Source: an uncultured Thermoleophilia bacterium (lineage in GTDB: Bacteria; Actinomycetota; Thermoleophilia; Gaiellales; Gaiellaceae). Taken from it: a stretch of 64,000 bases of DNA. The translations under genes and the position numbers were made by a program. Of the stretch, positions 28,881 to 38,936 are shown one piece after another. The stretch is from positions 10,010 to 74,009 of the forward strand of contig CAWBWA010000005.1 in NCBI GenBank assembly GCA_963792455.1. Direction: 5' to 3'. Position 1 is the first letter of the stretch. Every line of letters begins with the position of its first letter. The notes under the pieces are model-generated. The model saw nothing but the letters and a program-made list of their open reading frames with translations, was not told the DNA's origin and searched no databases.

Positions 28881-31101
28881 CTACGTCGGCAGCGCGTGCC
28901 TGGGTGGTGTGGGCGACTGCTCGCCCTCCGCCGTGATCGTGGGCAGCCATTCGAGCCACCGCGGCAGGTACCAGTTCCATTCGCCGAGCAGCTTCATGGT
29001 CGAGGGGACGAGGACGGCCCGGACGACGGTGGCGTCGATCAGGACGGCGATCGCCAGCCCGAAGCCCATCTGCTGCATCATGATCAGGCTCAGGCTCGCG
29101 AAGAGCCCGAAGACGGCGACCATGATGATCGCGGCGCTCGTGACGGTGCCGGCGGTGCGGGTGATGCCGAGCCGGATCGCGTCGTCGGTCGTCGCGCCTG
29201 CGTCGTGCAGCTCCTTGATGCGGCTGAGGATGAAGACGTGGTAGTCCATCGAGAGGCCGAAGAGGACGACGAAGAGGAACAGCGGTAGCCAGCTGACGAC
29301 TGCGCCGTTGGTCTGGAAGCCGAGCAGCCCTGCGAACCAGCCGTGCTGGAAGACGGCGACGAGGATGCCGTAGGCGGCCCCGACGGACAGCAGGTTCAGC
29401 ACGACGGCCGTCGCGGCGATCACGAGCGACCTGAACGTGAGCAGGAGGAGCGAGAACGCCAGCCCGAGCACGAACAGGAAGACCCACGGGAGCCTCGACA
29501 GCATCTGGTGGTTGAAGTCGTACGTCCCGGCCGTCACGCCCGTGACGGCCACCTCGGTGCCGGGGAGGGTCCGGGCGATCGGGGGGATCACCTCGTCGCG
29601 CAGGGTGTGGAGCGCGGCGAAGGACGCCTTGTCGTCGCCGTTGCCGGCGATCGCGAAGTCGATCCGGGCGACCGTCTTGTCGGGGTTCATGCTGACGGTG
29701 AAGGGCGCGAACAGCTTGCCGCTCGCGACGGCCCGCTGCCGGAAGAGGGTGAAGGCGCGCTGCATCTCCGGCGTGTCGACACGGGGAGCCTTGACGACGA
29801 CCACGGCCGGGGTCTGCGAGCCGGGGAAGGCCTGCTGCAGCCGGTCGTAGGTCCGCACGATCTTGAGGTCGTGCGGCAGGTCGGTCAGGTTCGGGAGCTT
29901 GGTGTGCATCTGGAGCGCGGGCAGGGCCAGCAGGAGCAGCGCTCCCGCCGAGACGAGCATCGCCGTCCAGGGCCGCCGCAGGACACGGTGATGAACCGTG
30001 CCCACCGCCCGTCGTCGCGGGAGCCGCCGCCCGAGTAGCGGGACCCGGCCCCAGTCGACCTTGTCGCCCAACCGGGAGAGCACGGCCGGGAGCACCGTCA
30101 GCGAGCCGACCATCGCCGCGAGGACGACGATCATCGTGCCGAGCCCGATCGTCGCGAACAGCGAGTTGCCCGAGACGAACATCCCGGCCATCGCGATCAG
30201 GACGGTCGCCCCGGAGATCAGCACCGCCTGCCCCGACGTGCACGCCGCGCGGAGCAGCGCCTGGCGCGACGAGCGGCCCGCATGTCGCTCCTCGCGCTCC
30301 CGGCGCAGGTAGAACAGCGAGTAGTCGATCCCCACCGCCATCCCGATCATCAGGATGATCGCGCTGAGCGTCTGCTGGTCGGTCGGAACGACGTGGCTGA
30401 CGAGGCTGTTGAGGCCGGTCGCCGCGAGCACGGCGGAGAAGGCCAGGATCACCGGCAGTCCCGCCGCGACGAGCGCGCCGAAGGCCACGATCAGGATCGC
30501 CACCGTCAGCGGCAGCGAGGTCAGCTCGGCCCGGCGCATGTCCCGCTCGAAGCGCTCGCCGACCTGGTAGTCGGCCGATGCCTGACCGAACTCCTCCACG
30601 ACCATGCTCGGGTGGGCCGACTGGACGCCGTCGATCGCCGCCAGGATGGGCGCGATCTTGTCCTTCGCCTCGTCGGCCTTCCCCTTGACGTCGAACTGGA
30701 CGAGCACCGAGCGCCGGTCGCGTGAGATCAGGCCGGCGTTCGGGTGGTCGATCGGGGAGACGATCGCGGCGACGTCCGGCTGCTGCGAGAGCTCCAGCAC
30801 GACGCTGCCCACCGCCGCCGAGAACTCCGCCTGCTGATCGACCGTCCCGGTCGCAGACTGCACCAGCACGCTCTCGCGCGCCGGGATCTTGAAGTTGCCC
30901 TCGTCGAGGATCTGCTCTGCACGCCGCGACTCCCCGTTCGCGATCGCCCAGTCCTTCATCTCGCGTCGCGCCCACGGCGCCGCCGATCACCACGGCGAGG
31001 ACGGCGAACGCGATCCATCCGAACGCCGCCCGCTTCCAGTGCGACGCACTCCAGCGCCCCGCGCGGCCGGCGAGATTCGTGTCGTCCACGATGACCTCCA
31101 T
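28881..31101 (-). CDS. MMPL-family transporter (frameshift near 30960)
   Basis: NLAGRAGRWSASHWK, GMAVGIDYSLFYLRREREE, FGLSMDYHVFILSRIKE, WNWYLPRWL. Confidence 0.94.
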
Positions 31102-31218
31102 ATCCGAGCCTGACCACTCAATGATCTCTCCCAACGGCCGCTCCCGCATCACGGAAAGCCGTGGCCTGTGGTGGAAAAACCCTGATCCGCAGGCCCCGTC
31201 GACCGCTCACATGCTGCG

Positions 31219-31881
31219 TCAGCGAACGACGGTCAGAGCGAACGGCGCGCCGGGTCGCTGCGGCGGCGTGAGCTCGCAGCGAAACGCCTCGGACACGACA
31301 TCGGCGAGCTCGGCCGCCGTACGCGGCCGGGCACCCGAGACGAGCAGGTGGCGCGCCACCTCGCCGCGCGTCTTCTTGGCCATGTGCGAGACCACCCGCC
31401 GGATACCTCCCCGCTCCTCGACCACGACCACCTGCACCCTTGCTGATGCGGCGGCGCCGGACGGTCGCCAGGCCGCCACGTACGTGGCCGAGCGGCAATC
31501 CAGGACCACGCGCCCGGCGGCGGCCTCGTCCAGCGGTACGCGCAAGCCCGCCCGCCAGTAGGCAGCGTCCAGCACGCGCCGGTACGCGGGGATCCGATCC
31601 GAGGCTCGCAGCGCCCCGAACTGCGCCGAGACGATCACCAGCGCCCGAGGCGCTCCGGCAGGAAGCGTGGCGATGTCGAGCGCCGCGTACAGCACCCCCG
31701 TGTAGAGACGGGCAGCCGTGGTCGTCGGAGCACGGCGAAGATCGTCGTCGAGGAGTGCCTCGCGGAGCAGCGTCAGCGACGGGAACGAGAGCGTCGCCAG
31801 GTCGAGCGGTTTGCCACGCGACGGCTCGTGCTTCGTCTCGCTCGGCGGTAACAGGACGAGAGGTTGTCGACGAGGCGCCAT
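31219..31881 (-). CDS. yaaA: Peroxide-stress protein YaaA (DUF328)
   Basis: LLPPSETK, YTGVLYAAL, IPAYR, DCRSATY, VSHMAKKTRG. Confidence 0.88.
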   Translation of the reverse strand: MAPRRQPLVLLPPSETKHEPSRGKPLDLATLSFPSLTLLREALLDDDLRRAPTTTAARLYTGVLYAALDIATLPAGAPRALVIVSAQFGALRASDRIPAYRRVLDAAYWRAGLRVPLDEAAAGRVVLDCRSATYVAAWRPSGAAASARVQVVVVEERGGIRRVVSHMAKKTRGEVARHLLVSGARPRTAAELADVVSEAFRCELTPPQRPGAPFALTVVR

Positions 31882-31922
31882 CGGCGCCCATCGTGCCAGG
31901 CGTGGGAGAATCGGGGATAGCG

Positions 31923-33596
31923 ATGCCGGGAGCGAACAAGCAGCCGCAGCGGAGCCAGGCCGACGCCATCGTCGTCGGGGCCGGACTCGCGGGCCTCGTC
32001 GCCACCGCCGAGCTGGCGGCGGCCGGTCGGCGCGTGATCCTCGTCGACCAGGAGCCGGAGCAGTCGCTCGGCGGCCAGGCGTTCTGGTCGTTCGGAGGCC
32101 TGTTTCTGGTCGACAGCCCGGAGCAGCGGCGGCTGCGGATCAGGGACTCGCGCGAGCTCGCCTGGCAGGACTGGCTGGGCACGGCCGGGTTCGACCGGCC
32201 CGAAGACGAGTGGCCGCGCCGCTGGGCGGAGGCCTACGTCGACTGGGCTGCCGGGGAGAAGCGGTCGTGGCTGCACGCGAGGGGCATCCGCTTCCTGCCG
32301 AACGTCGGCTGGGCCGAGCGCGGCGGCCAGCTCGCCAACGGCCCGGGCAACTCGGTCCCCCGCTTCCACGTCACCTGGGGAACGGGACCGGGCCTGATCG
32401 AGCCGTTCGTCGCACTCGTCCGCGAGGCGCAGCGCAACGGCCTCGTCGAGCTGCGCTGCCGTCACCGCGTCGACCGGCTGACCACCAAGGACGGGACGGT
32501 CGACGGCGTTGCGGGAGTCGTGCTCGCGCCCGACGCCTGCGACCGCGGCCGCTCCAGCTCGAGAGAGGTCGTCGGCGAGTTCGAGCTCGCGGCCGGCGCC
32601 GTCGTCGTCAGCTCGGGCGGGATCGGCGGCAACGAGGAGCTCGTCCGTCGCAGCTGGCCCGCTCGTCTCGGCACGGCACCGACCCGGATGCTCTCCGGCG
32701 TGCCCGCCCACGTCGACGGACGCATGATCGAGATCGCCGTGGCCGCCGGCGCGAACGTGATCAACCCCGACCGGATGTGGCATTACACGGAGGGGATCGA
32801 GAACTGGGATCCGATCTGGCCGCGGCACGGCATCCGCATCCTCCCCGGCCCCTCGTCGCTCTGGCTCGACGCCACAGGACGGCGACTGCCGCCGCCGTTC
32901 TTCCCCGGCTTCGACACGCTCGGCACGCTGCAGCACATCATGGGGACCGGCCACGAGCACACCTGGTTCGTGCTCACGCAGAAGATCGTCGAGAAGGAGT
33001 TCGCGCTCTCCGGCTCGGAGCAGAACCCGGACATCACGAGCAAGTCGGTTCGCGCGGTGCTGAAGGCGCGTGTGGCGAAAGGCGCCCCGGCGCCGGTGGA
33101 GGCGTTCAAGCGCAACGGAGCGGATTTCGTCGTCGAGAACGATCTGCGCGCGCTCGTCGACGGGATGAACGCCCTGACGGAGCAGCCGCTGCTCGCCTTC
33201 GAGCAGGTCGAGCGCGAGGTTCTCGCCCGTGACCGCGAGGTGGCGAACGCCTACTCCAAGGACATGCAGATGGTCGCCGTTCGCGGGGCCCGCGCGTACC
33301 TCGCCGACCGCATCACGCGTGTCGCCGCACCGCACCGCCTGCTCGACCCGAAGGCCGGGCCGCTGATCGCCGTGCGCCTCCACCTGCTCACGCGCAAGAC
33401 CCTCGGCGGCCTGCAGACGGACCTCTCGAGCCGCGTGCTCGGTGCGGACGGCAGCCCGCTGCCCGGTCTCTTCGCGGCGGGCGAGGCAGCCGGCTTCGGC
33501 GGCGGCGGCATGCACGGGTACCGCTCCCTGGAAGGCACATTCCTCGGCGGTTGCCTCTTCTCCGGTCGTAGCGCGGGCCGCGCAGCCGCAGACTGA
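31923..33596 (+). CDS. FAD-binding dehydrogenase (KsdD-like, Rv0785-type)
   Basis: GAGLAGL, GGQAFWSFGG, GNSVPRFHVTWGTGPG, MWHYTEG, TRKTLGG, LEGTFLGGC. Confidence 0.94.
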   Translation: MPGANKQPQRSQADAIVVGAGLAGLVATAELAAAGRRVILVDQEPEQSLGGQAFWSFGGLFLVDSPEQRRLRIRDSRELAWQDWLGTAGFDRPEDEWPRRWAEAYVDWAAGEKRSWLHARGIRFLPNVGWAERGGQLANGPGNSVPRFHVTWGTGPGLIEPFVALVREAQRNGLVELRCRHRVDRLTTKDGTVDGVAGVVLAPDACDRGRSSSREVVGEFELAAGAVVVSSGGIGGNEELVRRSWPARLGTAPTRMLSGVPAHVDGRMIEIAVAAGANVINPDRMWHYTEGIENWDPIWPRHGIRILPGPSSLWLDATGRRLPPPFFPGFDTLGTLQHIMGTGHEHTWFVLTQKIVEKEFALSGSEQNPDITSKSVRAVLKARVAKGAPAPVEAFKRNGADFVVENDLRALVDGMNALTEQPLLAFEQVEREVLARDREVANAYSKDMQMVAVRGARAYLADRITRVAAPHRLLDPKAGPLIAVRLHLLTRKTLGGLQTDLSSRVLGADGSPLPGLFAAGEAAGFGGGGMHGYRSLEGTFLGGCLFSGRSAGRAAAD

Positions 33597-33643
33597 GCTT
33601 CTCCCGGCAGCGTTCGCCGCCCCGCGAAGTGCAGAATGCAACG

Positions 33644-34396
33644 ATGAGTCCCCGGGGCCAGACGTCAACCGGCGGTCAGGCGCTCGTTCGCAACGAGTCC
33701 CTCCGCCGTGGCCTGCTGGTGCTGCGCGCCCTGGCAAGGGCCGGGTCGCCGATCACCGCCGCCGAGCTGGCCCGGCAGACGGGGATCCCGGGACCGACTG
33801 TCGCACGTCTCCTCGTCACGCTCGAGGACGACGGGATGGCTGCGCGCGACACCGGTGGCGGTTGGCGGCCGGGAGCGGGAATCGCAGAGCTGGCGGGGGC
33901 CGCCGGTGAGCTTGCCACGCTCGTCGCCGGAGCCGGCACGGTGTTGCGTACGCTCGCGAACAAGACGGGCGAGACGGCACTTCTCAGCCGCGTTCTCCTC
34001 CCCGACGTCTCGGAGGTGCTGGTGCAGGAGGACGCCGACCGGTTGCTCGGCGCGACCGACTGGGTCGGGCGGACGTTCGACGCCCATCGTTCTGTCGCCG
34101 GCTGGGTCGTGGCGGCCGAGCTCGACGACGACGACGTCGCGGAGATGGGGAGCGAGGACGCCGAGATGCGCGAGCGCTGGCTGGCCGATGTCGCCGAGAC
34201 GAGATCGCGGGGCTACGCCGTCGACGTCGGCGGCCTGGAAGCGGGCCTGACCTCGATCGCCGTCGTCGTCCCGGGCGGGCTCGGGCTGGCGGTCGGGATG
34301 GCCGGGCCCTCGGCGCGACTGACACCGAAGCGCGCGGCAACGATGATCCCACGGCTCCGGAAGGCGGCCGCTGCGCTCGTGATGCTCACTGAATGA
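33644..34396 (+). CDS. IclR-family regulator
   Basis: SLRRGLLVL..ELARQTGIPGPTVARLL; TGETA; RGYAVD; GPSARL. Confidence 0.9.
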   Translation: MSPRGQTSTGGQALVRNESLRRGLLVLRALARAGSPITAAELARQTGIPGPTVARLLVTLEDDGMAARDTGGGWRPGAGIAELAGAAGELATLVAGAGTVLRTLANKTGETALLSRVLLPDVSEVLVQEDADRLLGATDWVGRTFDAHRSVAGWVVAAELDDDDVAEMGSEDAEMRERWLADVAETRSRGYAVDVGGLEAGLTSIAVVVPGGLGLAVGMAGPSARLTPKRAATMIPRLRKAAAALVMLTE

Positions 34397-34397
34397 C

Positions 34398-34433
34398 TTG
34401 CATGCCATTCATCTAGTGAGTAGAGTGCGCGCA
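34398..34433 (+). promoter_or_regulatory. Leaderless promoter
   Basis: TTGCAT-N17-TAGAGT-N6-ATG. Confidence 0.6.
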
Positions 34434-34990
34434 TGGCCATCATCGAACGAGAGCCACGGATCCCTGCGGACGCTCTCCTCCAGAGCGCTGCAGACACGAT
34501 CGAGAGCCTCGTCCCTGATCACGACCGCGTTCTGTTGCCCGCCGAGTGCGAGCGGATCGCCGTCGAGATCGCCGGACGCGGGCTCTGGGAAGGCGTCGAG
34601 CTGACGCCCACCGAGTCGCACACGCGGGCCTACGCCCTCCTCTACGAGGACGAGCGGATGGAGATGTGGCTCCTCTCCTGGCGGCCCCATCACTCCACGG
34701 GCTTTCACGATCACGGCGAGTCCAACGTCGGCTTCTGCGTCGCGCAGGGGACGATCGTCGAGCAGCAGCTGCGCTTTGCGGGGCCGCCCTCCGAGTCGAG
34801 GCTCGAGGCCGGCGCCACCCGCTCAGCCGGCAGGGACTACATCCACTGCCTGGAGTGGGAGTCGGGCTCCCCGGCGCTCTCGGTGCACGTCTACTCCCCA
34901 CCGCTCACGGTGGTCGGCCAGTACCGCTACGACGACGGCGTCCTGCGTCGCGAGACCCAGGCCGGCCGCGACGAGCTCACCAAGGACTGA
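34433..34990 (+). CDS. Cysteine dioxygenase-like cupin
   Basis: WLLSW, TGFHDHG, YIH, SVHVYSPPL. Confidence 0.88.
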   Translation: MAIIEREPRIPADALLQSAADTIESLVPDHDRVLLPAECERIAVEIAGRGLWEGVELTPTESHTRAYALLYEDERMEMWLLSWRPHHSTGFHDHGESNVGFCVAQGTIVEQQLRFAGPPSESRLEAGATRSAGRDYIHCLEWESGSPALSVHVYSPPLTVVGQYRYDDGVLRRETQAGRDELTKD

Positions 34991-35029
34991 GCCTCACCTC
35001 GCACCTGCTGTTCGCATCCGGATCAGCGG

Positions 35030-35677
35030 TCAGGCGGCCGACGCTGCCACCGCGAGTCGCCGCCCGAGCGCTAGCCGCGCGCGATCGATCGGCTCCGATT
35101 CGCCGCTGATCACGAACTGGGCGTTCGCGAGCAGCAGGTAGGCGTCGAGCTCGAAGGCGAGCTGCGTCGCATCCTCGGACGGATCGAGCTCGCCCTCGGC
35201 CTGCGCGTCGCGCACGGCTGCGACGAGCAGCCCGAACCACTCTTCGACGACCCGCATCGCGAGGTCGCGAACCGGCCCGGGATGCGTGTCGAGCTCGGCG
35301 GCCACGGACGCGAAGAAGCAGCCGCCGGGAAAGACGCCGTCCTCGACGTGACGTAGGAAGTTCTCAGCCAACGCCTGCAGCCGCCCGAGGCCCGTCGGTG
35401 CGACTATCGCTGGCGCGACCACGGTGTCCGTGAACACGGCCTCCGCGGTCTCGATCGTCGCGAGCTGGAGCTCCTCCTTGGAGCCGAAATGCGCGAAGAG
35501 GCCACTCTTGCTCATGCCCACGGCCTCGGCCAGCCGGCCGATCGAGAGCCCGCCGAGGCCCTCGACGGTCGCGAGCTGCGCCGCCTCGTGAAGGATCGCG
35601 CTGCGGCTCCGCTCACCGTCGCTGCGCCGCCGCCGCACGGGGCTCTCGGGCTCGGGGTGAGTGTGCGTCTCGCTCAT
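35030..35677 (-). CDS. TetR-family regulator
   Basis: SIGRLAEAVGMSKSGLFAHFGSKEELQ; FPGGCFF. Confidence 0.94.
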   Translation of the reverse strand: MSETHTHPEPESPVRRRRSDGERSRSAILHEAAQLATVEGLGGLSIGRLAEAVGMSKSGLFAHFGSKEELQLATIETAEAVFTDTVVAPAIVAPTGLGRLQALAENFLRHVEDGVFPGGCFFASVAAELDTHPGPVRDLAMRVVEEWFGLLVAAVRDAQAEGELDPSEDATQLAFELDAYLLLANAQFVISGESEPIDRARLALGRRLAVAASAA

Positions 35678-35680
35678 CAC

Positions 35681-35737
35681 TTGACAAGTTAGCACGAACG
35701 GTCGTATACTCCCCGAACTTCGCACGAACGATCGTGC
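35681..35737 (+). promoter_or_regulatory. Promoter with two TetR-type operators
   Basis: TTGACA 35681, TATACT 35705; gcacgaacggtcgtat (35692) and gcacgaacgatcgtgc (35722). Confidence 0.85.
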
Positions 35738-35760
35738 TATCTACGAGAGAAAGGTACTCC

Positions 35761-36576
35761 ATGACCTCTGCACCAGCCCTTGATCTGACAGCCGTCAAGG
35801 CCCGCCAGCAGGCGACCTGGGCGAGCGGCGACTTCGCCGAGATCGCAACCCTGATCGTCCCCGTCGCCGAGCGCCTCTGCGACGCAGCAGACCTGCACGC
35901 CGGCTCGACCGTGCTCGACGTCGCCGCCGGGAGCGGCAACGCCGCCATCGCCGCCGCCCGCCTCGGCTGCGACGTGACCGGCATCGACTACGTCCCCGCG
36001 CTCCTCGAGCGCGGCCGCGAGCGGGCAGCGGCCGAGCGACTCGGCCTCGACCTCCTCCACGGGGACGCCGAGGAGATCCCGTTTCCGGACGAGTCGTTCG
36101 ACGCCGCCGTGTCGGTGTTCGGGTCGATGTTCGCGCCCGACCACCCGCGCGCGGCGGCAGAGCTGGCCCGCGTCGTGCGACCCGGCGGCACGATCGCGCT
36201 CGCGAGCTGGACGCCCGACGGCTTCGTCGGCGCGATGTTCCGGACGGTCGCCGCACATGTCCCGCCGCCTGCAGGGCTCGCCTCACCGATGCTGTGGGGG
36301 ACCGAGGAGCACCTCGCTGCGATCTTCGGTGAGGACGTGTCGTGGAGGCACCGCGAGCGCACGTTCACGTTCCGCTTCACCTCGGCGGACGCGTTCGTCG
36401 AGACCTTCGCCGCGTACTACGGGCCAACCCTGAAGGCGCTCGAGACAGCCGGTGCCGCCCGTGCTGCGCTTGCGAATGACCTCCGCGACCTCGCGCTCTC
36501 CTGGAACCGCCTCGACGGAACCGGCCCCATCGCGGTCCCGGCCACGTACCTCGAATCGGTCGGCGTCCGAGGCTGA
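35761..36576 (+). CDS. Class I SAM-dependent methyltransferase
   Basis: VLDVAAGSGN, GDAEEIPFPDESFD, RVVRPGG. Confidence 0.94.
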   Translation: MTSAPALDLTAVKARQQATWASGDFAEIATLIVPVAERLCDAADLHAGSTVLDVAAGSGNAAIAAARLGCDVTGIDYVPALLERGRERAAAERLGLDLLHGDAEEIPFPDESFDAAVSVFGSMFAPDHPRAAAELARVVRPGGTIALASWTPDGFVGAMFRTVAAHVPPPAGLASPMLWGTEEHLAAIFGEDVSWRHRERTFTFRFTSADAFVETFAAYYGPTLKALETAGAARAALANDLRDLALSWNRLDGTGPIAVPATYLESVGVRG

Positions 36577-36634
36577 CATGGCGCCCAGAAACCTTCTCCG
36601 CCGCGCCCACCTACACCGAACAAAGGAGCACTCG

Positions 36635-37054
36635 ATGCACAAGGACGACGTTCGCACGATCCCCCTCCTCGAGACCGTCCCCCGGTCTCCGCCGTCGCCG
36701 AGGTCGCACGCGCGGCCGATCGGCTCACCGTCTCGGCGGGGCGTGTCGTGATCCGACAAGGGCGAGCTCGCTCACGAGTTCTTCGTGATCCTCGACGGCG
36801 TCGCCGACGTGATCCGTGACGGCCGGCCCGTGGCCACCCTCGGCTCCGGCGACTTCTTCGGCGAGATCGCGCTCGTCGGCCCGCCGTTCCGAACCGCCAC
36901 CGTTGTCGCCCGCTCGGAGCTCGATCTCGCGGTCGTCGCGCGCCGGGAGTTCCGCACCCTGCTGAGGCGATTCCCGGACCTCGCCGCCACCGTGCTCGGG
37001 GCCGGGCGAATGAGGGTCGTCTCGACCCTGAGGGAGGTCGAGGCCCGGTCGTGA
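36635..37054 (+). CDS. Stand-alone cyclic-nucleotide-binding protein (frameshifted)
   Basis: RBS aaggag, MHKDDVRTIPL; EFFVILDG, GDFFGEIAL...RTATV. Confidence 0.85.
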
Positions 37055-38431
37055 CCCGATCCCCGTCGTCCGGCCTCTGGCTCCTGTGCGCCGCACACTT
37101 CATGACCGTCCTCGACCTCACGGTCGTGAACGGCGCGCTGGAGCCGGTCGGGCGCGACCTGGGGGCGTCGCGAGCGACGCTGCAGTGGGTGATCGGCGCC
37201 TACGCAGTCGCCTTCGGCGGCTTCCTGCTCGCCGGCGGCAGGACTGCCGACATCCTCGGCCCGCGGCGGATATTCGCCGCAGGCTCGCTCGGATTCGCGC
37301 TCGCCTCGCTTGCGTGCGCCGCCGCACCCGGCGCGATCTCGCTCGTCGCCGCCCGTGGCGCGCAGGGGCTCTCGGCAGCCTTCCTCGAGCCTGCGGCGGT
37401 CGCCCTGCTGGCGCTCCTCTATCCCGCAGGACGTGAGCCGGATCCGGGCTCTCGCCGTCTGGGGCTCCGTCGGCGGCCTCGGCGCCGTGTCCGGCATGCT
37501 CATCGGCGGCACGACGGCGCAGCTTCTCGACTGGCGCGCCATCTTTCTCCTCAACGTCCCGGTCGGGCTGTCCGGTCTCGTCCTCGCGACGCGACTCCTG
37601 CCGACCGCGGTTCGACGCGAGGGGCCGCGCGTCGACCTGCTGGGCGCCGCCCTGCTCACGGCCGGGATCTCCGGGCTCTCTCTGCTCGTCGGCACCGCCA
37701 ACGGCGGCGTCTCCGCCGCATCGTCCGCGGGTGCTGCGATCGCCGCCGCCGGCCTCCTGGGGTTCGCGCTCCACCACCCCCGGACGCCCGCGCCGCTCGT
37801 GCCGCGCGGCTTCGTCCGACGCTCCGGCGTCGTCCTTCCTGCCGCCACCGGTTCTGTGCAAGGCGCGGTCATGCTCGGGACGCTACTCCTGCTCGCCGTG
37901 ACGTTCGTCGACGTGATGCGGCTCGGGCCGATCGAGGCAGGCGTCGCGATGCTCGGGATGCGCGCAACGCAGGCGGGGTGGGCACGGATCGCGGGCCTCG
38001 TCGTGAACCGGATCGGCCTCCGGCACGCACACCTCGTGGGGCTGGCCGGAATGGCTGCCGGCTGCGCGTCGTTCGTCCGACTCGGGGAAGGCCCGTCGTA
38101 CGTCGCCGACATCCTCCCCGGTCTCGTCGTGCTCGGCCTCGCGGCCCCGTTCGTCTTCGTGTCCGGCTCGGCGCTGGCACTCCAGTGCGTCCGGTCGGCC
38201 GACGTCGGGCTCGCATCGGGGATCCTCGGCGCCTCGCAGTGGCTGGGCGGCTCGCTCGGCGTCGCCGCAGTCTCGGCGCTGCTCGCAACGTTCGGGGACG
38301 GAGGCACGACCGGCATCCGCGCCGGCTTCGGGCTCTGCGCAGCTGTCGCGGCGACTGCGATGGTGCTCGCCGGGCTCGCCACCCGCGGCCGACCTGCTGC
38401 CTGCCGCATCAAGCCTCTAGCAACGGCCTGA
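37051..38431 (+). CDS. DHA2-type MFS transporter (frameshift near 37430)
   Basis: LDLTVVNGAL, GGRTADILGPRR, ARGAQG, WRAIFLLNVP. Confidence 0.88.
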
Positions 38432-38455
38432 CCGCCCTCGCGCGGCCGCGGGGCG

Positions 38456-38887
38456 TCAGACGGCCGAGTCGGCGGCGTACTCGGCCAGGCGCTCCGCGAG
38501 CGCCTGCATCACCTTCCGCTCGATGCTCCGGTTCTCGTCGAGCACGCGCCGGAAGTCGCCGCGCATCAGGATCAGGCAGCGGACCGGCGTCGCCGCCCGC
38601 ACGGTCGCGGTGCGCCTCGTCTCGGTGAGCAGCGCGATCTCGCCGACGAAGTCTCCTGCTCCCCGCGTCGCGATCTGCTTGCCGCCGCGCGTCACGTCCA
38701 CCGTGCCCTCGACGAGCACGAAGAACTCGCGACCGAGGGTGTCCTCCTTGCAGAGCACCGTGCCCGCAGGAACCTGGAGATCGTCGGTCACGCGTACGAG
38801 CTCGAGCAGCTCCTTCTTCGACAGCCCTTCGAAGAGCGGCGCCGCACGGAGCGCGTCGGCCTTCTTGCTCTGAGTCAGCCCGCGCAC
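38456..38887 (-). CDS. Stand-alone cyclic-nucleotide-binding protein
   Basis: PLFEGLSKKEL, EFFVLVEG, GDFVGEIAL..RRTATV; GTG 38887. Confidence 0.92.
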   Translation of the reverse strand: MRGLTQSKKADALRAAPLFEGLSKKELLELVRVTDDLQVPAGTVLCKEDTLGREFFVLVEGTVDVTRGGKQIATRGAGDFVGEIALLTETRRTATVRAATPVRCLILMRGDFRRVLDENRSIERKVMQALAERLAEYAADSAV

Positions 38888-38936
38888 GGGGGCAAGTCTA
38901 CAACGGCGCAGGGCCGCAAATGCGAAACTGCCCTCC

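Noticed and set aside
13053-31101. A SARP-controlled biosynthetic gene cluster
   Set aside because: No PKS, NRPS, terpene or RiPP-modifying enzyme is present; only hydrolase, reductases and exporters.
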